64,000 bases of DNA. It comes from the human T2T-CHM13v2.0 reference genome, Homo sapiens. Under the pieces are notes generated by a model. It did not search any database, had not been told where the DNA came from, and was given only the letters and a program-made list of their open reading frames with translations. Each line of letters starts with the position of its first letter. Within the stretch, counting starts at the first letter, position 1. The stretch is from assembly GCF_009914755.1 (NCBI RefSeq), contig NC_060928.1. One strand, written 5' to 3'. Of this stretch, positions 27,195 to 40,451 are shown piece by piece. A program made the translations under genes and the position numbers.

Positions 27195-27725
27195 CTAATT
27201 CTTCTTCCATAGGAAAGTCTTTCTAAATTTGGAGATAGTTGTCACAAAATGTTGCGTCTTCTCTCTTCTCTTTAAATGCCTTCAGCTTTTAGAATATTTT
27301 CTTCTTCTTTAGTTTTCATGGATGTTCTTCTGTTTGTGCTTCAGTTTATAAATAGCCTCTTTATAATGTATCCCAAGATGGGAAACAATATTCTAGCTAC
27401 AATTTAGCCTAGTGTAGAGTTCAGGCAATATAAATACAATCTTACATTGTAGCAGGTTTCAATTTAATGTTAACAATTAATTTCAGTGAATGTGTTAGTC
27501 AAACAAAATCACATGTGTCTTCTCATTTCAAGTAGTCTTAAGCAAACTGACTCTCAATGTAGTTGAATGTAAATGGTGAAATGTAAAATATTCTACAATT
27601 ATTTATGTAGTTTATTTTTCTTAAATTTTAATCAATTATTTAAGGCTTTTGAGAGCTTTTTAAATCTTGATTTAAATATCCAAAATGGTAACTATCCCTC
27701 CAACTATTCTATCATTAGTATGTGT
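27195..27725 (-). mobile_element. L3/CR1 LINE fragment (3'-proximal part)
   Basis: ttctaaatttggagatagttgtcac...tcttctctcttctc...cttcagttt...cccaagatgggaaacaatattctag...agtgtagagt parallels the antisense CR1 ORF2 consensus. Confidence 0.55.
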
Positions 27726-27730
27726 TTAAT

Positions 27731-28200
27731 TATGACAGATATTGTTGCTTGCTTATAAAACACCCAGTATCTCTTTTCTTCACCCTAGAAGAACTTAATT
27801 TTGTTTTCTTTTAGTTGGCCACATGCCCAGGCCTGAGATATAAATCATAATTGTCTAAACAAACCAAATCAAAGTCCTAATTTGGCATTGCATGGTCTAG
27901 GAGAGGCGTATGATTCTCTTCTGGCCAATGAGACATAAGAAGTTTTCTGGGTGCTTCTGTGCAAGTTTTTCTTTTCTGATAATGAATGGTATGGAAAACA
28001 GAAAGCCCTTTGGCCACATTCCTTTATTCCAGCATAAAACACTACTGTGTGAAGGCTTGTGGACCTTTAATAACCACAAAGATGTCCATTTACCGGTATT
28101 GAGACTGTTGAAGGAAAAAGACATCATTGAGCTAGGAGAAAAATGATCATCTATTGAACCAAGGCACGGTTAGTGTAAATTCTATTACATAAAGCTAAAA
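27731..28200 (+). mobile_element. MLT1J/K-type MaLR LTR inserted into the L3
   Basis: tatgacagatattgttgcttgc...aattttgtt...ttctggccaatgagacataag...gcttctg. Confidence 0.6.
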
Positions 28201-28299
28201 GCTACAAGTTTTGCCTTATTTAGGATGCTTATATGTCATTAAATAGGAAAAGATAAATAACAGAGTCTGAACTTCTTTCCACATTAAGCATGTCAATTT

Positions 28300-28560
28300 T
28301 AGGGGCCAGAACTGCTCAAAAGTTTTAGATCTACCCAATCTATCATTAGTTCACATCTACCTCTTTTCCACACGAACACACACACAGAATGACTTTAAAA
28401 TTTATTAAATGTCTTATTGAAAATCAGAAACCCTGTGTTACTTACCTTTTCAAAATGTCTAACCTAATCGAGTTTCTCAAAAAGGAAAATAGTATGGTTT
28501 TTAATGACTCGTTTTTGATTTTTCATGTTCCAATACTAAACCAGAGTGATTGTTGTTAGA
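28300..28560 (-). mobile_element. L3/CR1 LINE fragment (RT region)
   Basis: aaatgtcttattgaaaatcaga...tcaaaaaggaaaatagtatggtt...atgactcgtttttg matches the antisense CR1 RT pattern. Confidence 0.55.
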
Positions 28561-29267
28561 GTGATTACTATGCTACGCGCTGAAAAAGTATTTCTGTCAA
28601 AGTCCATTTTTAATGTTTTTTTTTTTTCTTCAGGTATTAAAAGCAAAGTCACTGACTTACATTGAAGTATACATAGGGAATTATCTTTTTCACATTTTAA
28701 ATACTAGAGAATATTTTCTTTTTTCCAAATTTTCAGCATTTTTTTGTGTGTCACTAAAACTTCTCAAACATTGTCTACAGTGGTCCTATGATCCAAATTT
28801 ACTGTGTTTCCATACTCCAGATTGTAATTAAGAAGATCATATTGAATTCATTTGACTATATTGAAAGTATCCAGATACTCTACTGCTTAATGGAATTTAA
28901 ATTACCATTAATAATGTTATACTCTCATGAAGTTCAAATCAATCTCCCTTGAAGAAAAATTGGAAGTCAGTAGGGCTATATTATCATCATTATTATTTAA
29001 CAGTACTTCTGCTTCTAAAGTTGGGACTATCTTTCTTAGTCACTTTTCTATAAACACTCTTCTGTGGAAAAAGACAGATTCAAAGTACTATAAAAATGGT
29101 TGATATTTGCAAAAGAAATGCTAAGTATAAATACTACATATATTAGTATATATAGTACATGTCGTATACACTTAGCATTTTCTTTTGCAATTATCAATTA
29201 TTTTTGTAGTAGTTTGAGACTCATAGGCACACAGGATATATATTTAAAATTTATGTATTTATATATA

Positions 29268-29850
29268 TTTAACATTTTCAACTGTATTGATGTATAACTG
29301 ATAAAATTGTGTGTTTACGGTGTACAATGTGATGATTCGATTTGCATATATTTTGTGAAATGACTCCCACAATCAAGTTAGTTAACACAACTGTTGTCTC
29401 CGATAAAAGAAAAACTTCAACTGAATTAGATTTAAAGGAGTTTAATTGAGCAATGAACAATTTGCGAATCAGACAGCCCCCAGAATCACAGCAGATTCAC
29501 AGAGAATCCAGAACAGCCATGTGGTGAAAGAGGATTTACAGACAAAAGAAGAAAAATGACGTATGTAAATTGGCAGTGAGGTACAAAAACAGCTGGATTG
29601 GTTACAGGTTGTTGTTTGCCTTATTTGAACAGTTTGAACTCTTAGCAGTCTATGAGTGGTTGAAGTATGGCTTCTTGGACTGGCCAAGACTTAGTTATAG
29701 TTACAGGCGCATACTCCTGAATTAGGTTTACAATCTTGTCTGACTATTAAGCTAGGTTACAGTTCATCTACAAGGACTAAAATATTGAAGTACGGAGTCC
29801 CTCTCAGGCCATATTTAGTTTGCTTTAGCACCTCACATAGTTACCCTTTA
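29268..29850 (-). mobile_element. Short L1MA8/9-like 3' terminus hosting a MER57 LTR
   Basis: ggtgtacaatgtgatgatt...caatcaagttagttaacac [LTR] cctcacatagttacc. Confidence 0.7.
29401..29830 (-). mobile_element. MER57A1-like solo LTR (ERV1)
   Basis: Reverse strand begins tgctaaagcaaactaaatatggcctgagagggactccgtacttc; CCAAT box at ~29597; 4-bp TSD tctc/cctc. Confidence 0.85.
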
Positions 29851-31006
29851 TGACTTAAATATTTTTACATTTCCAACCACAATGTTTATGTGTGTGTGTG
29901 TTTGTGTATATACACACATGCCTGTAAGACATTATCAAAATTGTATTTTGTGAATATTATATGCATTCACACAGGAACAGTATCGATTACTGGCAAGTAA
30001 CGTGAATAAGTGATGTGGATTGATGGAAACTCATGAAATGGTGTGTGTGTGTGTGTGCGCATGCCATCAGTACTGATGTTGTCTCCAGAAAATTTGGGTT
30101 TATAAGCCAATTTGAGCTGAGGTGAACAATTTTGATCTGTATCCTATTATATTTTTTTATACATGGGAAAAATAACACTAGTTCAGTGTTATTTCTTGAA
30201 GCCTAAGATATGCATCTGAGGCTTCATTCCTGGTTATAACCTGCTATCATAGGAAAGAACAATTGTCTATTGATAAGTTTATTGTAATTTTATCATCATC
30301 CTAATTTTTTCCTAAGTAGCACTGGGTTCAATTTTATTACATTTCTTTCTGTAATGCCTGAAAGGCAAAAGGCTTTACATTAGATTATAAAATTTATTTT
30401 TTCAGCCAAGATGGAGCAACAAATCATATTTATATTCTCATATGAAATGCTATAAAACAGAAATTAGACACTAGGTTGCACAGGACAGTGATTCCTGAGA
30501 GATGGGGGACAAATGACATAATTCCTACAATTTGCTCAGCTTACTACTTGGAAGATTTCTAAGTCAGAGCATAGAGAAGGGGAATCCAGGAATAACCTTC
30601 AGGTTCCTTGAGTTGAGAAGACAGAGCTAGAAGTCTACAGCCAAGGCAGCTAGAGGTTACATGCCAAAGTCCCAGACACAGACAGAGCGCTTCATAGAGA
30701 AAGGGTATGGAGATCTGCAAGTATCTCCCTTGAGTCTTCACTTGAGTACAGATCAGCTCATAAATGTGTGAGAAAACTACCCAAGGCTAGAGGCAAAAAA
30801 AAAAAAAAAAAAAAAATTAACCATCCATGGAGATCATATGATGGTAGGAATAGTTTGTGTTCCAACTCGCTAAGTCGGAAAACTACATAATTCATGGCGC
30901 ATTTGGTAGAATAGCCAAAATTGATTTCCTGCAGTAGTAGGGAAAAATTAGCCATAGGCCAAAAGATGCTCCTGTTCTTGCTAACAATTTTAAAAGCAAC
31001 CTTTGA

Positions 31007-31194
31007 TTTTTTGTCCTTGCGATAGGGGTGGGGGGAGGGGGGAGGGATAGCATTAGGAGATATACCTAATGCTAAATGACGAGTTAATGGGTGCAGCACA
31101 CCAACATGGCACACGTATACATATGTAACAAACCTGCATGTTGTGCACATGTACCCTAAAACTTAAAGTATAATAATAATAATAGAAAGAAAAA
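31007..31194 (+). mobile_element. Young, highly 5'-truncated L1PA3-like insertion with a 19-bp 5' inversion
   Basis: G-rich tract followed by gatagcattaggagatatacctaatgctaaatgacgag...aaacttaaagtataata. TSD aaaag(c/t)aacctttga at 30992-31006 and 31195-31209. Confidence 0.93.
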
Positions 31195-31353
31195 AAAAGT
31201 AACCTTTGAAAGAATCAAACCTTTTCTAAGCCACATAAATGCATTCCAGAATAAAGCATAGGGCTATTTGTAGAAATACAAAACATAAAACATATAGCAA
31301 CTGACAAACAAAGTTTACAGTGTTAGATATCCAATTAAAAGTTGCCAGGCAAA

Positions 31354-33175
<1,822 letters not shown>

Positions 33176-34183
33176 TTTAAAAAAAAAACTTTTGTGTGTG
33201 TGTGTGTGTGTATCTGCAGAAATCCTATAACTGGGAACACTTTTCCCAGGAGTCTTGCAACAAAAATAGATTTTTTAAAGGGTTCAGATTGACTTCCAGT
33301 ATGATAGTGGATAGAGCTTTGCTGACCTACTTCCCAGTGAAAAAGAAAAGAAAAGAAAAGAAAGAAAAAACAATATAAAGCCTTTGGAAATTGTCTTAAG
33401 AGCAAACAGCAAATAAAGAAGCATCTGTTCAAGAAAATCAAGAAATATTTGGTAAAAATGTTGAGCCATGACTACTCCCTCCTTCCTTTTTTTCAGCATA
33501 GTGAAAAAGAGATTTCATTTTTTTCTTCTGTAGCTAAGATCACAGGAATCTCTTTCCCTTTAGTTCCCAGTGAGAGAGCTTTCTTTCTGTCAGAAACAGG
33601 ATATGAGTTTCTTATCCTGTGCCTGGCTATCTGCTACTGAGGCTAAGGTTTGGGAAAGTGTAGTTGAGAAGTGCTGTCTTCCTTCTTCCATTGAGATTCC
33701 ACTCATGGAATGGAGGCTCTTCCTTGATGCAGCATGCATGCCCCAGCTTGGTAGGTGGTTCCATGCAAGAAGAGAAAATCCAAGAGGGTTTTCAGGCTCA
33801 GGCTGCTTCCCTCCCCACCACATCTTCCACTAAGCTCCTACAGTAGTCCAGAGAAGCTTGCCATTGTCTTTACTCACAACTCCAGAGCCTTACTCAAAAA
33901 TTTTGCCTATGGGAAGAAACAAGCCATAAAATAGATAGCTCCTAATCTCTTCCCAAAGGAACTGACATCAATTGCAGCAGAACATAGAGAAGTTCCATAG
34001 TATAGACACTCTTAAGAACAATGGAGGTAGTTGTGGTAAAAGACAATTAGAAAGAGGCTCTTGGATTTAACATAGATAAAGTCTAGATGATAGCTGGGTA
34101 GTTTTAGGAGAGAACTGAGGAATAAGACAGCTGGAAGGAGCCCTTCTGAGGTCAGAATAAATATCAAATATAGACACAGAAAC

Positions 34184-34917
34184 TGTGACCGCCCAACTGG
34201 TTCGCCTCGTCCACTGCCTAGACAGAGCCGATTTATCAAGACAGGGGAATTACAATAGAGAAAGAGTAATTCATGTAGAGCTGGCTGTGTGTGGAGACTA
34301 GAGTTTTATTATTATTCAAATCAGTCTCCCTATAATTCAGGGATCAGAGTTTTTTAAGACTAATTTGGGGGGTTAGGGCTTGGGAAGTGGGGAGTGCTGA
34401 TTGGTTGGGTTGGAGATGGAATAATAGGGAGTTGAAGCTGTCCTCTTGCGCTGAGTCAGCTCCTGGGTGGGGGGCCACAAGACCAGATGAGTCACTTTAT
34501 CCATCTGGGTGGTGCCAGTGGATCCATCAAGTGCAGGGTCTGTAAAATATCTCAAGCACTGATCTTAGGTTTTGTAATAGTGATGTTATCCTCAGGAGCA
34601 ATCTGAGAGGGTTTACAAACTTGCAGCCTCCAGTGGCATGACTCCTAATACATAATTTCTGATCTTTTGGCTAATTTGTTAGTCTTACAAAGGCAGTCTA
34701 GTCCCTAGGCAGGAAGGAGGTTTGTTTGGGGAAAGGGCTGTTATTGTCTTTGTTGTAGAGCTAAACCAGAAACTAAGTTCCTCCCAGAGTTAGTGCGGCC
34801 TACTCAAAGGAATGAACAAGGATGGGTTAGAGGTTAGAAGCAAGATGGAGTCAGTTAGGTCAGATCTCTTTCACTGTAATAACTGTCTTAGTGATAACTT
34901 TTGCAAAGGCAATTTCA
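34184..34917 (-). mobile_element. LTR8/LTR8A solo LTR (ERV1)
   Basis: TG...CA ends. Reverse strand starts tgaaattgcctttgcaaaag...cagtgaaagagatctgacctaactgactccatcttgc; about 734 bp. Confidence 0.88.
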
Positions 34918-35423
34918 AAGCCTCCTTCAAAGGAACTAGAATTTATTAGATTGGTGTAGAGAAATTTATTCAGGATACTTTTGAAAACAATAGATCCATC
35001 ACTCAGCAGTTACTAGAGTTTAACAGCTGGATGTGGACAGGGAAAAAGAATAAGAGAGCCATATCAAACCACTGTTGTCCCAGGATGCATACCCAAAGCT
35101 GTGCCTTCAAGAAGAACAATATTAGAGGCCTAACACTGATAGAGGGTGGAATGGAGTTAATTAAAATTTTCAAGCCAATTTTTCAACAAATAAACAAGAA
35201 ATAACTATAGCAAGCCCCAGAGAGGGGAGAGGACCAGTACCTAAACTTGCAGCAACATTTTATCTAAAAGGTCAAGGTTTCAACAATAATTTCAAGGCAT
35301 GCAAACAAATAAAAAATTATGGCTCATGTACCAGCAAAAAAAGAAAACAGACAACAGAAACTTCACGTAAGTGTAACCAAACTTCAAAGATGCCATTATA
35401 AGTATATTTAAAGAACTAAAAGA

Positions 35424-35785
<362 letters not shown>

Positions 35786-37076
35786 TTATATTAAATATGT
35801 TAATAAAGAGATATGAATCATAAAAAGAACCAATGGGAAGTCTAGAGTTCAAAAGTACAATACCTAAAATAAAAATTGCCCAAAAAGACTAAATAGTAGA
35901 TATTAACTGATATAAAAAAGAATTAGTAAACTTGAAGATATAATAATAGAGATTATACAAGCCAAAGAGAAGAGAGAAAGAAGAAAAAAGAAAACTTAAC
36001 AAAGCCTCAGAGAAAGGCAGTATACCATTAAACATGACAGTTATGTTTACTTATAAGATCATGGAGAGGAAGAAAAATATTTGAAAAAGTAATAGCAGAA
36101 AACTTCCTAAATTTATTGAAAAATAATAACCTACACATCCAGGATGCTCAATAAATTCCAAGTAAGATAAACGCAGAGATCCAGAAGAAGACATGTCATA
36201 GTAAAAAGTCTGCAAATCAGACAAGGAGGAAATGTCGAGTGCTGTAACATAAAAACAACTCATTGCTTATGCGAAAAACAAATGAAACTAATAACTGACT
36301 TCTCAGCAGAAACACCAGAGGGCAGAAGGCAGTGAGAAAACATTTTATTAGGCATGAAAGAGAAAAAAATAACTGAACAAACACTCTGGAGAACTATATA
36401 TCCTGCAAACATGTCTTTCAAAATTAAAGATGAAATAAGACTTTCCCAGATAAACACAGAGATTTTGCTGCTAGCTATCTCACGTGACAAGAAATATTAA
36501 AATATTTTCTACAGTCTGAAAATGAGACCAAATGGTATTTCAAATCTACAGGAGAAAACAAAAGTCATTGACAGATAAAATTTATTATGTTATTTTAAAT
36601 AAGTGTAAAAATTCATATTCTTTTTTTTCTTCTCTCAAGTGATTCTTAAAATTGTATGTGTGTGTATATATATGCCATATTGTTGGGTTTGTAACATACA
36701 GAAATGCAATACTTGTGTAATGTATCTGACTGTAACAGCACAAAGTAGATGGAAGTGGGCAAAGCTATACTAGGTAAGTAAATAACCTCAGATGGTAAAG
36801 AATAATTATAAAATGCATCATTAGATGTAATATATATAACAGTAATATCATCGAAAGGGGAAATCAAATAGAAATATGTGGGAGTAATATTTTCCTATAT
36901 TATGGGAATTAAATTCATATAAGTTTGAAAAAGATTCTGATAAATTAAGAGGTATATGGTAAGCTCTAAAGCAATCACCAAGGAAATAACTCAAAGAAAT
37001 GTAGTAAAAATAATTAAAGGAATTAAAATGTTACACAAGAAAATATTCATTATTGGAAAAGAAAGCAGCAAAAAAA

Positions 37077-37174
37077 GGACTCCTAAGCCCCTATGCTCAG
37101 CCCACTCCCACCCTGTGGAGGGTACTTTTGTTTTCAATAAATCTCTGCCTTTGTTGCTTTGGAAAAAAAAAAAG
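37077..37174 (+). mobile_element. Retroposed ~86-bp LTR-like 3' end with poly(A)
   Basis: cccactcccaccctgtggagggtacttttgttttcAATAAAtctctg...; A tail from 37163; TSD at 37058-37073 and 37175-37190 (14/16 identical). Confidence 0.7.
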
Positions 37175-40100
37175 AAAGAAAGTAGAAAAAGAGGAATAGA
37201 ATAAACAAAGAGAAAAGACATATAGAAAATGAAAAGTAAAATGATAGGCAAAATCCCAGCCGTATTAAAAATAACATTAAATATAAATTGATTGAAAAAT
37301 CCAATAAAAAAGATTGTCAGAATGGATTTTAAAGAGCCAACTTTCTGCTGTGTAAAAGAGACACAATTTAAATTCAAAGACCCAAATAGAATAATGATCA
37401 AAAGATGGAAAAAGACATATTAAGTAATCAGGCACCACAAGAAAGCTATACTGACCTCAGACAAAATAGACATGAAACAAAAGATGCCTCAGGAGATAAA
37501 AGGGGACCTTTTATACTGATAAAGGTCAATCTACCAGGAAGATGTAACAGTTATAAACCAATAACAGAGTGGTAAAATATATGAAGAAATATTGACAGAT
37601 GTGAAGGGAGAAATAGTTCAACAGTAATAGTTGGAGACTTTAATAACCTACTTTCAATATGAGATAAAACAACTAGGCAAAAGATCCACAAGATATAAGA
37701 GACTTATACAATTGTATAAACCAAATAGGCCTAACAGACTCTATAGAACACTACACCCATCAGCTGCAGTATGTATATTTTTCTCAAGTGCACATGGAGC
37801 ATTCTCCAGGATAGACCATTTGCTATTCTGTTAAACAAGCCTCAATAAATTTACAAAAAAAAGATACAAAGTATGTTCCTGAACAAAATGAAATAGAATT
37901 AGCAATCGATAGCAGGAAAAAATCTGGAGCTCTTGCAAATATATGGAAATTAAACAATACACTCCTAAACAACCAATGAATCAAAGAAGAAATAAGTAAA
38001 ATCAGAAAATACTTTGAGATGACTGAAAATACAAACATGACATACTAAAGTTATATCATATAGGTAATGCAGAGTTTAGAGAGAAATTCATAGCTGTGAA
38101 TGATTATATTAAGAAAAACGACCTCAAATCAATAACCTAAACTTCCACCTTAAGACACTGCAAAAAGAAGAGCAAATTAAACCTAATCAAGGAGAAGAAA
38201 GAAAATAATAAAGATTAGATTACAAATGAACAGAGACCAGAAAAACAATAGAGAAAATCAGTAAAACCAAAAGCTTGTCTTTGAAAAGACAAAATCACCC
38301 TTTAGCTTGAATGACCAAGAAAAGAAAAGAGTCAAATTACTAAAACTGGAAATGAAACAAGGGTCATTATTAGTGGCCTGAAAGAAATAAAAAGGATTAT
38401 AAAGGAATAATCAATAAAATATTAGGAAACCAAATCTAATAACATATAAAAATAATTATACATCATGACCAAGTGAGACTTATCTCAGGAATGCAGGGTT
38501 TGTTTAACATCTGAAAATGAATTAACCCAATACAGCATATCAATAAATTAAAAAATAAAAATTGTATGCTCATCTCAATAGACACAAAAAAAACATTTAA
38601 CGAAAACCAGTAACATTTTGTGATTTAGAAATCCTTAAGAAATAAGTAACAGAAGGAAACTTCCTCAGACTGATAAAGGGCAACTTTCAAACCCATATCT
38701 GGCATCATACTTAATGGAATAAACTGGATGAATTCTTCCCAACATCCAGAACAAGACAAGGATGTCTGCTCTTGCCACTTCTATTCTGCAGTGTACGAGC
38801 TATTTTAGCCAGCACAGGAAAAAAATAAAAAGCATCTAAACTGGAAAAGAAAAGGTAAAACGATCTATTGGAAGATTACATGATCTTGTATTTAGAAAAT
38901 CCTAAGGAATACACACACATGCACACACACACACACGCACACACAAACTAATACAACTAATAAATGAGGTCAGCAAGGTGTTGGGATACAAGATCGATAC
39001 ACAAAACGTATCACAATGAACAGTCTGAAAATAAAATCAAGAAAACAATGTATTTATAATAGCATCAAAAAGAATACAATATTAATATATTTAACAAAAG
39101 AAGTGCAAAAGTAATACCCTGAAAACTGCAAAACATTGTTTAAAGAAGATCTAAGTAAATGGAAAAACAACTCATGTTTATTGATTAGAAGACTTAACAT
39201 TTTTTAAATGCCAATAGTTTCCAAATTGTTCTAGTAATTTAATTCCAGCTATCAGATTCCCTATTAGAACCCCAGTTAACTTCTTTATAAAAATTGAGAA
39301 ATTGATTCAAAAACTTATATGGAATTGTAAACATCTCATAATAGCCAAAACGATTTTGAAATACAAGACCAAAATAAGAGGACTTATACTTACTGATTTC
39401 AAAGCTACAAAACCATGACAATCAAGACAGTGGTACATATACTTATTCCTCAGTATACCCAAATTTCCTGGTACAAGCCAACAGTTCAAAAAACAAAGGT
39501 AGTTATTTAATTTATGCAATATAAAGTTTTACTCAAAATGAATCAAGGATCTAATATAAGAGTAAAACTATAAAAATCTTGGAAGAAAACATAGGGCTAA
39601 CACTTCATTATCTTGGTTTTGACAAATAATTATTAGATTTAGCACCAAAAGCATGAACAATAAAAGTAAAAGTAATAAAATTGAACCTTGTCTACATTTA
39701 AAAATTTTGCGCTTTAAAGGACACCATCTAGAGAATAAAAAAATAATCTACAGAATGGGGAAATATTTTCAAATCGTATAACTTATATGGTAATTGTATC
39801 TGGAATATATAAACAACACTTACAACTTGATAATAAAAAAGCAAATAACCCAATTAAAAAAGAAGCAAAGAATCTGAATAAGTATTTTTCTAAGGAATAT
39901 ATACAAATGGCCAATAAGCACATAAAAAGTTTGATATCATTAGTCATCAGGGAAATAAAAATCAAAACCACAATGAAAATCTACTTAAACATGATAGTAT
40001 GCCTAGAATCAAAGAGTCAGATAATAACAAGTGTTAACAAAGATGCAAAGGAACTGAAACCCTCATAGACTGCTGGTGGGACTCTAAAATAATGCTGCTC

Positions 40101-40239
40101 CTTTGAAAAAGAGTGTAGCAGTTCCTTATATGACTGAACATATAGTTGCCAGATGACCTAGAAATTTCACTTCTAAATATATACCCAACAGAAATAAACA
40201 CATGCAAATATAAATGAACACACAAAATAATTTTATATA

Positions 40240-40451
40240 AGCCATGAATAAAAGAATAAATCAAAATAATGAGAAAGCATTTTGAATTTTATGAATATAA
40301 AAATGAAGATGCATCATATCAATATTTGTAGGAAGAAACTAAAGTAGTACTTAGAGGAAAATTGATAGTGTTAAATGAGTATATTTGGAAAGTCTCAAAT
40401 AAATAACCAGAACTTCCACCTTAGGAAATTTTAAACATAAGAACAAATTAA
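40240..40451 (+). mobile_element. Old L1 ORF2 fragment (probable outer host)
   Basis: ctaaagtagtacttagaggaaaattgatag...aagtctcaaataaataacc...ttccaccttaggaaa. Confidence 0.6.

Noticed and set aside
30758-31150. 130-aa minus-strand ORF
   Set aside because: It starts in the antisense L1PA3 3'UTR and runs through old L1 and poly(T) sequence; a chance chimera.
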